A stretch of 64,000 bases of DNA from Pristiophorus japonicus (lineage: Eukaryota). The notes below the pieces were generated by a model. It saw only the letters and a program-made list of their open reading frames with translations. It made no database searches and was not told the DNA's origin. Both the position numbers and the translations under genes were made by a program. Position 1 is the first letter of the stretch, and the number at the start of each line of letters is the position of its first letter. Shown in pieces: positions 22,650-33,050 of this stretch. Location of the stretch: the NCBI RefSeq assembly GCF_044704955.1, contig NC_091983.1:22754001-22818000 (forward strand), in the 5' to 3' direction.

Positions 22650-24570
22650 CTTATTGTAAGACTGCCCACTGCTCTTGGACTTGCTGACTTCACTCCAGCC
22701 CACAGGCAGTGGCGCAGCGTTTCTTGGGTTGGTACCAAGCTTATTCTTTCAAACATCTCGGGTAATACGCACTTCTTGATGGTGGCAGGGTGGGGGGTGG
22801 AGTGGGGGAGGGGGGGTGCGGGGTTTGGCAGTCAGTAATGTGGAAGGGGCCCGGCTTGGGCCTCTTCAGAGGATGGTCTGGGGATTGGAGTGGGAGAGGC
22901 AGTTGATTCTCTCAAAGGGTGCGAGTCTTAGCGACTTCCCTTATTGCAGCCAGCAACTCCAACTTCTCAACTACCTCCAACATTCCCTCCCTCATGTGCC
23001 CTGACAGTGTCTCAACTACCTCCAATATTCCCTCCTTCATGTTCGCCGACAGTGTCTCACCTACCTGTGACATGCCCTCCCTCATGTTAAGCAAAAGTTT
23101 CTCAACTACCTGTGCCATTCCCTCCCTCATGTTCACTGACAGTGTTTGAACTACCTGTGACATTCCCTCCCTCATGTGCACAGATAGCGCATCAGCTACC
23201 TGCAACATTCCCTCCCTCATGTGCCCGGACAGTGTTCCCGTTTCTCATGAGAGTGTTGTTACTTCTCCCGACAGTCCCAACACCTCATCACCCACTCTAC
23301 TGATGGTGTCCAGGAGTGATCGGTTAAGGCCAATGCTCTCCGCACTCATTGCCATCATCTGTGAATCACATCTTTTAAATCCTGCACCTCAGGAGAGCGC
23401 TGTCGAGCTCTCCTTCCCCTCCTCATCCTGGGTGTGGCTCACTTCGTCCCACTGGGACCCGTAGCCTCGGACGGTGGGGCCCTGGGTGTGCCTTGCTGCA
23501 TCCCACTGAGACCCGCAGCCTCAGACGGTGGAGCCCTGGGTGTGCTTCGCTGCACCCCACTGGAACCCCCAGCCTCGGACAGTGGGAAACCATGGATTGT
23601 CCCACCAATACTCAAACCACCACTCAGGGAAGGGGCTAGGTCCTCAATGGGTGGCACATGCACCTCCCCCAAAGTGAGTACAACAGTGGGGACTTCATCC
23701 ATCCCCTCACCCTCCCTCTCCCCGTCATCCCCATGCTCTTGGTCTGGAAGGTGGGATTGGAAGATATTCTCCTCTTAAGGCTCCTTCTCATCTGAATCTT
23801 CTTCTGCGTCGTCAAGGTTGGCCTCAAGTTTTGCAAAATATAACAGAACAGACAAATGGTTAGTAGCAGAGGAGGGGGCAGGGTGGGTGGCATGAGTAGG
23901 CTCACACAGCGCAGGCAGCAGGCTGATTTGAAGGACCCGGATGAATAGCACATTGCATCAACCGAAGCGTAGCTGACGGAGACATCCCCATGAACCGAAG
24001 CATGGCTAGCCCGCATAGTACTTAACATTCAGCAAAGCCAGACTGTGGAATTTGCAGGACTTACCCTCTCCCTTGAGTGTGGGTCCAGCTTGTGCAGTGG
24101 TGGTTGCTTTTCTCCAGGTAGGACCCATCAAAACAGTGACCCTCTCTTCCAAGTGTGTCAGTGGGTGCAGATTTTCCAGGCCTCCTCCTGTTCGAGTTCT
24201 TTCTCATTTGTTGTGTGCCACCTTCCTCTGCAAAGATGAAAATATAACTTTTTAGAGAGGGTGTCTTTCTGCTGGGTGGAACATATACAAATGGTTTCAT
24301 TTACAATTGCAATTCCATTGAAAAATGAAAATGTTTGCACTAACTACTTGACCGAGGTCTTGCCACTTCTTTGTGCTCTGGTCTTCAGACCTTGGGGTCG
24401 CCAACATTGTAGTAATCCTGTGCAAGTTGGTTCCAGCGTTTCTTCAGTTCTTTGGGGGGAACTTTTATGTGACCTCTGCTGGTGTTCAGCTCATGCTATC
24501 TGGCCTCAATCACAGTAACTAGTACCTCCACTTCATCCTGTAAGAAATTCTTGGTCCATGCGCTTCTTGT
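22650..24570 (-). pseudogene. Harbinger Myb/SANT-like DNA-binding partner gene, three exons, degraded
   Basis: Exon 1 'TKNFLQDEVEVLVTVIEAR...KKRWNQLAQDY...KKWQDLGQVV'; exon 2 at 24065-24227 with AG/GT 'RKVAHNK*ERTRTGGG'; exon 3 acidic with tandem repeats. Confidence 0.82.
22965..23235 (-). repeat. 45-bp coding tandem repeat, about 6 copies (MREGMxxVxxxLSxx)
   Basis: 'cattccctccctcatgt' recurs every 45 bp. Confidence 0.9.
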
Positions 24571-25779
24571 ATTGCAGCTGCGATTTTTCGAATGATAATT
24601 AAAATTCTTATACACACAACTGGTTCTTTAAAAATGGTCGCTTGCAGACCGGGAGCTGTACTGGGCATACACACCCATAGGAATCACGTCAGAAACATCC
24701 TTTTTTTTCTGCATATGCGCAGAAGGGGCGGCATCGTTTTTTCGGCGCAGACATTTGGCTCCACCCCCTGAGTCGACAGGACAGGCTGTGCGGCACCAAT
24801 TTTAAAAAATAGAGCGGGGAAACTTGGCACATTTATTTTTGGAGCAGTTGTGGCCGAGAAAAATGGGCGTAACTCTGGCAACACACCAAAAAACACCTTT
24901 GGGCAAAATTGAGCCTGCAGTAATCAGTGAGGAGGATAGTAACAGACTTCAGAAGGACATAGACAAACTGATGAAATGGGCAGACACCTGTAATAAATTT
25001 AACGCAGAGAAGTGTGAAGTGATACATTTTGGTAGGAAGAATAAGAGAGGCAATTATAAACTAAATGATAAACTATTGAAGGGGGTGAAGGAACAGAGAC
25101 CTGGGGGTGTATGTATACAAGTTGAGAAGGCTTTTAAAAGCGTATACAGGATCTTTGGCTTTATAAATAGAGAAATAGAGTACTAAAGCAAGGGAGGTAT
25201 ACACATTTTTTATAAAATGATGGTTAGGCCACAGATACGGTATTGTGCACAACTCTGGACACCACACTTTAGGAAGGATATCAAAGAGAGGGTGCAGAGG
25301 AGATTTAGAATGGTAGAATGGTACCAGGAATGAAAGACTTCAGTTAGATGGAGAGACTAGAGAAACTGGGGTTGTTCTTCTTAGAGCAGCGAAGGGAGAT
25401 TTGATCGAAGTGTTCAAAATTATGAAGGGTTTTGATAGAGTAAATAAGGAGAAAGTGTTCCCACTCGCCGAATGGTCGGTAACCAGTGGGCACAGACTTA
25501 AGGTATTTGTGAAAAGAATTGATCAGGGCAAATAATATTACACGAGTTGTTGCGATTTGGAACGTACTGCCTGAAAGGGTGGTGGAAGCAGATTCAGTAG
25601 TAACTTTCAAAAGGGAATTGGGCAAATACGTGAAGGGGAAAGGTTTGCAGGGCTGTTGGTAAAGAGCAGGGGAGTAGGACTAATTGGATAGCCAGAATCT
25701 CTCAGTCGGAGAGAAGAGCAGAACCTCTTCAAAGTGGACATTTCTGGATGACAAGTGGCATTTCTGAATTCATCGACTC

Positions 25780-26130
25780 ATAGAACGATGCAACATAGAA
25801 GGAGGCCATTCGGCCCATCGTGAGTGCTCTTTGAAAGGACACTTCAGCTTGTCTCACTCCCCTGCCCTTTCCCCGTAGCCCTGCAATTTTTTTTCCATCA
25901 GGTACTTATCCAATTCCCTTGTGAAAGCCACAATTGAAGCTACCTCCACCACCCTTTCAGGCAGTGCATTCCAGATCCTAACCACCCACTGCGTAAAAAA
26001 GTTTTTCCTCATGTCGCCTTTGGTTCTTTTTGCATATCACCTTAAATTGGTATCCTCTGGTTCTCAATCCTTCCGCCAATGGGAAGAGTTTCTCTCTATC
26101 AACTCTGTCTAGACCTTCATGATTTTGAAC
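25780..26130 (-). mobile_element. CR1 3' fragment
   Basis: Reverse of the CR1 C-terminus/UTR ('caccctttcaggcagtgcattccagatc'). Confidence 0.8.
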
Positions 26131-27082
26131 ACAATCTTCCGAACCATAAACCATATCGAAAGTTTCAATTATATTCTTTTCTTCTTGATATTCAACGATT
26201 TCATCTATAATTCAAGATCTCAAAATGTTACCGACCACAGATGTTTAACTTGTAATTATCTCGGTTAGCTCGACCTTCTCTTTTAAAATGGGTATAACAT
26301 TAACCTCTCCCCAGTCCCCCGACGCAAATCGACTCTTAATAGAACGTATGTAAATGTTTCTAATGCCATTCTCTGCTAAATCTGAAAAAAAGGTTTGATT
26401 GAATTGTCAGAACATACCTGTACATTACTCTAGCAGGGATGTACAGAAGTGAAGTGAACCATGTGACACTTGCCCTCCAGCTGTGACTCTGTGTACTGAT
26501 GTTTTGTGTTATGCTTTAATTGGATGGAAGTCCAAGAAATCAAAATAACATTGCAAGTTGTGTCAACCAAGGCATGACCCAATGGAGATTCTACATCAGT
26601 TTGTGAAATGTGTCAGCATTGATAGTTCAATTAAATTTTGTTAGTGCAAGTTAGATGTCACTAAACAATGGAACATTTTCCATTGTGCAGAAAGCATGCA
26701 TTTTTTGTGGGACAGCTGTGATTTGAAACACTGAAAACTATCAGAAAGTTTAAACAGTAAGGAAATTCAGTTTCTGAAATGGAACAAAAGCACTATTTCA
26801 TTATCATATCTTACTCAAGGGGCCACCAAATCCCTTTTGAACAGGGTATGTTGGTGCTGGCTAAGCTGATCTTAGCACGGATGATAATAGGCTTTTTTTA
26901 AAAAAATACTTGATCTTGGTATGTTGCTGACAAGGCCGCATTTGCTGCTCATCTTTAGTTCTCCTCAATACCTTGGCCTGTTGAGGGGACAATCAGCCGG
27001 GGCTCCTGCTTCTCCGGCGACATCCTATGTAAAATGTATGTGTGCGCGGACCTAAGGTCAGGAGAGGATCAGGCCTGGCTGT

Positions 27083-28460
27083 TGTCATGTATCCTACATG
27101 GTTACTGCTTGTACCATTACAAGGTGTGCCACCAGAGGGCACTGCAGTGGGAGACTTGTAGGTTACCTGTACAGGTGTGCCAGGCCTAGTATAAAAGGCA
27201 GGCCACCAGGTGTGATCCTCACTCTGGAGTTACATTGGCCCCAAGTTTCCACATGATTTGCGCTTGATTTTTAGGAGCAACTGGTGGAGAACGGATTATC
27301 TTAAAAATCACAATTCTCCACATTTTTTTTTCTGCAGTTCTAGTCCATTAGAACAGTTTCACTTTGGAACAGAATTTTTTCTTCAAAAGGGGGCGTGTCC
27401 GGCCACTGACGCCTGATTTCAAAGTTTCCACAGTAAAAACGTACTCCAAACTAACTTAGAATGGAGCAAGTGAAGATTTTTGTAGAACTGAAAAAACCTG
27501 TTCTACACATTAAAAAATCAGGCGCAGGTTACAAATTAGGCGTCCAGAACGAGGTGGTGGGGGGGGGGCGGGGGGGGAGGGGAAGGGAAGTTATTCAATT
27601 CTATAATAAATCTTTATTTATACTTATACAAATAAATCCAACCTGAATAAAAATTTATAAGCAAAGAAAAGATTAAATAAACCATCTTCCTACCTGTGTG
27701 AAAGTGCTTCAGCCAGGGAGAATTCTGCAGGAAGCCTCACAAGTTGAGGCAGCCGTTCCCGACGGTGGGCGGGGTGGACGGGGGGTGGGGGGAGGGAGGG
27801 AGTGCAGGCCCGACCGACCGAACGAACGCAGCGGGGGGGGAGGAAGCCGTTCCAGACGGCGGGGGGGGGGGGGGGAAGGAGACAGTGAGAAGGCTGCAGG
27901 AAGCCTCACAAGTTCAGCAGCCATTCCCGACGGCAGGGGGGGGAGGCCATCGGGAAACGGCTGCCTCAACTTTCTGAGGCTTCCTGCAGCCTTCTCACTG
28001 CTGCAAGAAGCCTCAGTGCTGATGTGCTGATGGCAATGTGCTTTTATTAAAAAATGTTCTAAAATTAAACAGCTACAAAGAACTACAAAAATGGCCGAGT
28101 GCCAATGTTTCCTTCACACTGCGCGTGCGTGAACGCTCCAACGCGCACGCGCAGGGTTGCCGGCAGGAAAAAAACTAATTTAAATGGTACCCGCCCCCTC
28201 CCACTTACAAAATCGGCGCGAGTGTAGGCTCCGCCCCCCTGGGCGCCGCGCCAAGCAGACAAGGAGCTGCAGGGCGCTCCAGAATCGCGCGTTTTTTTTC
28301 CGGCGCCGTTTTCGGCGGGTAAAACGGGCGCCCAGCTCGGAGGGGCGCCCGTTTTGTAGCGTGTGGAAACTTGGGGCCATTAAATGGACTAAGGTTATTA
28401 CAGTTCAAGCACAACACATTGTCTCGGGGAATCATTATTAGAGCATCTGAAGACATAACA
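27083..28460 (+). mobile_element. Gypsy-type solo LTR with 5-bp TSD GCTGT, interrupted by a MITE
   Basis: TG..CA ends; GCTGT at 27078-27082 and 28461-28465; TATAAAA at 27190. Confidence 0.85.
27237..28378. mobile_element. Harbinger-type MITE (D), 17-bp TIR, TSD ATT
   Basis: ggccccaagtttccaca / tgtggaaacttggggcc flanked by ATT on both sides. Confidence 0.9.
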
Positions 28461-28474
28461 GCTGTGATGCTCGT

Positions 28475-28890
28475 AGAATCATACAGCACAGCAAGAGGCC
28501 ATTTGGCACCTTCGTGTCCATGCTGGCTCTTTGAAAGAACTGTCCAATCAGTCTCATTCCCCTGCTCTTTTCCCCCAAAGTCCTGCATTTTTTTTTCCTT
28601 TTCCAGTATACAGATATATCCAATTCGCTTTTGAAAATTACTGTGGACTCTGCTTCCATCACCTTTTCAGGCAATGCATTCCAGATCATAACAACTAAAG
28701 TTAAAAACGTTTCTCATCTCCTCTCTGGTTCTTTTGCCAGTTATCTTAAATTTGTGTTCTCTAGTTACCGACCCCCCCAACCAGTGGAAACAGTTTCTCC
28801 TTGTTTACTCTATCAAAACCCTTCGCAATTTTGAACACCGCCATTAAATCTCCCCTTCGCCTTCTCTGCTCTGAGGAGAACAATCCCAGC
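28475..28890 (-). mobile_element. CR1 3' fragment
   Basis: 'IWNALPEKVMEAESTVIFKSELD'. Confidence 0.82.
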
Positions 28891-29039
28891 TCCTAATAAT
28901 TAGGCAGCTTGCTAAGATGCACTTCCTTTCTTTGGGTGAGATCCTGAAAGGTTGCCATAGTCCATGGAACTACAACCTAGTAAAGAATCAGAGAGAGAAA
29001 GGGAAGGGGGAGAAAGTTACTCTGATAGCACACAACACA

Positions 29040-29248
29040 TCTGTTTCCTTTAGAATAACTCCACAAGACTATATATCTTAAGCTCAAACTGTTGTGACCT
29101 TGGTCTCTTTATTGTAACTCCAGAGTGAAGAGGCAGCATGGTAGACTGTCTTTAATACCTGCTTGCCCGGGGTGTGCAGGTGACCCTTGGGTCTCCCACA
29201 GTTGCGCCCCCTGGTGGCAAGTCTTACACATTGTTTACATACATAACA
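29040..29248 (-). mobile_element. Gypsy-type solo LTR
   Basis: Reverse polyA signal tttatt and 'gtaactccagagtg' shared with 45806-46105; ends ataaca; imperfect TSD acaca/acacc. Confidence 0.7.
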
Positions 29249-29403
29249 ACACCAAAAAAAATGGCCTGTGCCTCTGTTCTTTCCACAAACTAAGTAGACA
29301 GTGTCCAGACCAGTGTGTAGAGCATTCACATGAAGACCATGCTAAAAACAAATGCATAGGGAGCTATAGCTGCTCCCTTATGCTTTTCTGGTACTGCTCC
29401 CCA

Positions 29404-29855
29404 ACCGTGGCTCAGTAGGTAGCCCACTCGTGTCTAGTTTGATGGTTGTGGGTTCAAGTCCCACTGCAGAAACTTGAGCATAACTTCCAAGCTGACAGAC
29501 AGTTCTTTACGCAGAGAGAGCTGCACTGTCAGAGGCACTGTCCTCCAGATGAAACATTAAACCAAGGCCCCGTCTTCCCTCTCAGGTGGGCAAAGTAGAT
29601 TTCATGGCACTAATTCGAAGAAGAGAAAGGGGTGTTCACTTCGGTGTCCTGGCCAATATTCATCCCTCAACCAACACCAGTATAAAAAGATGATCTGGTT
29701 ATTAGGTCATTGGTGTCTGTGGGAGCTTGCTGTGCACAAACTGACTGCCACGCTTCTGACATTACAACAGTGACTACACCCCAAAAAGTACTTCATTGGC
29801 TGTAACGCGCTTTAGGACATTCTGAGATTGTGAAAGGCTCTATAAAAATGCAAGT
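29404..29855 (+). mobile_element. Near-complete Deu-domain tRNA SINE (SacSINE1-like)
   Basis: A box tggctcagtagg, B box gggttcaagtccc, Deu core, L2-like tail '..gaaaggctctataaaaatgcaagt'. Confidence 0.85.
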
Positions 29856-30849
29856 GCTTATTTTCCTCCTTGCACGGGTTATTTGAGATGCGAGGTTTTG
29901 CCTCCGATGAACTCTCCGTGTCGGTATCTTCTCGGTTCAGTGCTTCTGACCAGAGTGCAGAAGGCTATTCACGCTCCATCCCCTGAGCGCCAGTCTCTGA
30001 TGCTAAAGGTGACGTTGAACACCTGAGCTTGACGGGTGAGCGGGGGGGAAGAGACTGAAACGAGGATGAAGACAGTTTGTGCCGTCCTTTAGAGAAACAC
30101 CCGATCCCACAAACCCTAAAATAAAAAGGCCTCGATAATTTTAGCATTCATCTTGCCTAGGACTAAAACAGATCCCTCACGCCTACCACTTACTCCACCT
30201 GTCTCAGCCAGAGACCAGTCAGAGGGCTTTAGTATGCCTGGTCGCACCGACCTGTGATTTCTTCCATTTTATCTATAAAGGATATGTGCACATTGTGTTT
30301 ATTCCATAGACTCCTGTGTGGCAAAAGTAGAAAATCCAGTAGAGACAGCACTGGCTCGTGGTCAGCCAAAGTGCCACTTCATCTGCTCTATTGATGCTTG
30401 CAAGTAATGGCAACATGACAGATTTTGTGCGCACTTGGGGTGGGGGGGGGGGTGGGGTGGGAGGGCGGGTTGGTTTGGATTCATTAAATCTTCAATTCTC
30501 AGTGCCAGAATTGCACATTTGAAGGGAAATACTGCTCCCCGAACTCAGGTTTTGTAATGGGGAGAGGGGGTGGGGGGGTTGTGGGCGTGTAACTGTTCCT
30601 CTGAAGATGCCTCTCATTTAGAAAATGGCCAAGGCTATTCCTCTCACCATTAAACTCCGTTCTAGCCACAGGAGTGTTCTTTCTGAAAAAATAAAATAAT
30701 TGAGGGTAGAAAACACTTGGGATATTTTTGCTAAGTAGGTTCTGTTAAGAGAACCTGCTGCCAATCTAACCGCTGCCAATCTTTGGCTCCCCCCCCCCCC
30801 CCCCCACACCCCCGCATCCTCAGAGCCTGTTTCTTTTTCTCTCCTTGTC

Positions 30850-31160
30850 TCGAATGGCAGCTGGTTATTATCTCACCATTCACACCCTATCTCGACTAAT
30901 GTTTTTCTAACTTCTGGCATTACTATTTGAATTTGGGCCATCATCCCTTTTGTCTCACTAATCTCTCCTGTGTTCCAACCTAGCACAGACCTTCCCTTTT
31001 GTTCTTTCTTCCCCTCCCCCTTTCAGTGCTTGTTAAGAATCTGTTCTTTCTGAACACTCTCCAGTTCTGATGAAGGGTCACAGACCTGAAACATTAACTC
31101 TGCTTCCTCTCCACAGATGCTGCCTGATCTGCTGAGATTTCCAGCAGTTTCTGTTTTTAT
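30850..31160 (+). mobile_element. Penelope-like element terminal repeat
   Basis: Pyrimidine-rich region, then ctgatgaagggtcacagacctgaaac...cacagatgctgcctgatctgctgagatttccagc. Confidence 0.72.
31060..31100 (+). ncRNA. Minimal hammerhead ribozyme core, likely degenerate
   Basis: CUGAUGA (31067-31073), stem II GGUC-aca-GACC, GAAAC (31088-31092). Confidence 0.6.
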
Positions 31161-31419
31161 TATATATCATACAAGAGAAAATGTGACAATGGCCTGTTTT
31201 CCAGTCTGCCTTCTCTGACAGAGATAATGGATGGCTTCCATTTAATCCGCTTTGAGAGTGTCAGTCACGGTTGGTTCCAGGCTAGATAAATCTACAGTTT
31301 CACTCTTTTAGTCGTGTTCTTCCAAATGAGGAATTTAGAGATTAGAGGACATCATACATACATGGCACGTAGATGGCAGTCAATGGTGACCGAGATTATT
31401 TTAGTATATCACCATTCTC

Positions 31420-31745
31420 GTGGATGGGGTGTCGATTAAGCGGGCTGATTCGTCTTGGATGGTGTCAAGCTTCTTAAGTGTTGTTGGAGCTGCACTCATC
31501 CAGGCAAGTGGAGAATATTCCATCACACACCTGACATGTGACTTGTAGATGGTGGAAAGGCTTTGGGGAGTCATAAGGTGAGACACTCGCTGCAGAATAC
31601 CCAGCCTCTGACCTGCTCTAATAACCACAGTATTTATGTGGTTGGTCCAGTTAAGTATCTAGTCAATGGTGACCCCCAGGATGTTGATGGTGGGGTATTC
31701 GATGATGGTAATGCCGTTGAGTGTCAAAGGGAGGTAGTTAAGTTG
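31420..31745 (-). mobile_element. Daphne/Crack-like LINE RT fragment
   Basis: 'RAGQRLGILQRVSHLMTPQSLSTIYKSHVRCVMEYSPLAW'. Confidence 0.8.
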
Positions 31746-32543
31746 TATATTGTTATCAAGGCCCATATACCTTCATGTGTCTATGCAATCTGCCATTTCT
31801 TGATGTCACATGGAGTGAATCGAATTGGTTGAAGATTAACAGCTGTGATATTCTGGAGGAGGCCGAGAAGGATCATCTACAAATACGAGATACCTGCAAA
31901 GATGGGAAAGATTGAGCAATGAAGAAAGGGGAAGGGGGGAAATCTGCATGTTGGGGGGGGGGGGGGGCGGGCGATGTGGTGGTTTCACAGTACAGGCAGC
32001 ATTCAGAATTGTTTTTTGTTGAGCCAGCTTTTATGAAGGTTTAAATGCAGGGTTGCTGTATATATTGTATGCTAAATCTATCCCAATGGTATAATTATAT
32101 ATCAATACGGACACAACGACAGCAATTTCCTGCAGTACCCATTGCAATGCCCCTTGTGTCAGAAAGCCAACAGGCTGTATGGTTTAACTTGCTTTGCAAC
32201 AAGTGGCTGAGGTACATAGGGTTACATCAGATTACGTAGGATATACAGTACAGAAACAGGTAATTCAGCCCAACCAGTCCATGCCGAAGTTTACGCTCCA
32301 CTCGAGCCTCCTCCCGTCTTTCCTCACCTAAATCTATCAGCACAACCCTCCAATCCCTTCTCCCTGATAGACTTGTCTAGCCTCCCCTTAACTGCATCTA
32401 TACTATTTGCATCAAACATTCCCTGTGGTAGCGAGTTCCACATTCTCACCACTCTTTAGGTAAAGAAGTTTCTTCTGAATTCCCTATTGGATTTCTTGGT
32501 GACTATCTTATATTGATGGACTCTAATTATGCTCTTTCCCACA

Positions 32544-32787
32544 GAGCAGGTCTCCAATCGTCTTGGTTAATCCTTGCCACTGGACCAAGACCTGGCTCTG
32601 TCAAGCCTGTGTGGTGGCTGGTGTGCAACGGCACCAAACGTTGAAAAAATCCACGCACTGGCACCTTCCACCCTTCAAGATTTAGTTCGGGACATGGAAT
32701 TTTAGGTCCTTCATTGAAACACCTGTGAACTTTTTGACGTGGAAGCAAGTCATCCTCGATTCGAGGGACTGCCTATGATGATGATGA
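32544..32787 (+). mobile_element. Non-autonomous RTE-tailed retroposon (SINE-like)
   Basis: Tail gtggaagcaagtcatcctcgattcgagggactgcct(atg)n matches the RTE tail at 8795-8850; imperfect TSD tct(t/c)ccaca. Confidence 0.8.
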
Positions 32788-33050
32788 TCTTCCCCACAAG
32801 TGGAAACACTCTCTCTGTATCCACTCGATCAAAAGCTTTCATAATTTTAAAGACCTCTACTAGGTCACCCCTCAGCATTCTATTTTCAAAGGAAAAGAGA
32901 CCCAGCCTGTTCATTCTTTCCTAATATGAATACCTTCATCTCTATATCTTTTTTATAATATGGCGACCAGAATTGTACACAGTACTCCAAGTGTGGTCTA
33001 ACCAAGGTTCAATCCAGGTCTAGCATAACTTCCCTACTTTTCAATGCTAT

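Larger units (their letters stand above)
21107..24915 (+). mobile_element. Harbinger transposon B: both TIRs, transposase internally deleted, Myb/SANT gene retained
   Basis: TIR gggctcaattttcccca / tgggcaaaattgagcc; HARBI1 N-terminus only at 21919-22280; CR1 tail nested at 21160-21250. Confidence 0.88.
21040..25695 (+). mobile_element. CR1 RT fragment split by Harbinger B (CR1 parts 21040-21106 and 24916-25695)
   Basis: 'DLNLDIQGIISKFADD' resumes after the insertion as 'AVISEEDSNRLQKDIDKLMKWAD'. Confidence 0.85.

Noticed and set aside
22965-23235. CRISPR-like array (17-bp conserved motif every 45 bp)
   Set aside because: The intervening segments are homologous to each other, the period is a codon multiple in an open frame, the context is eukaryotic and there are no cas genes
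27698-28030. Pro/Gly-rich ORFs on both strands
   Set aside because: By-products of G-tracts and inverted repeats inside a MITE
27237-28378. Host CpG-island promoter (also 4960-5260, 40537-41202)
   Set aside because: The CpG richness coincides with Harbinger ends or MITEs
29404-29475. tRNA gene (also 9845-9910, 10880-10945, 46560-46615)
   Set aside because: The A/B boxes are SINE heads and I could not fold a cloverleaf
29865-30130. Possible coding exon in unique sequence
   Set aside because: No convincing splice sites, open frame or recognisable domain
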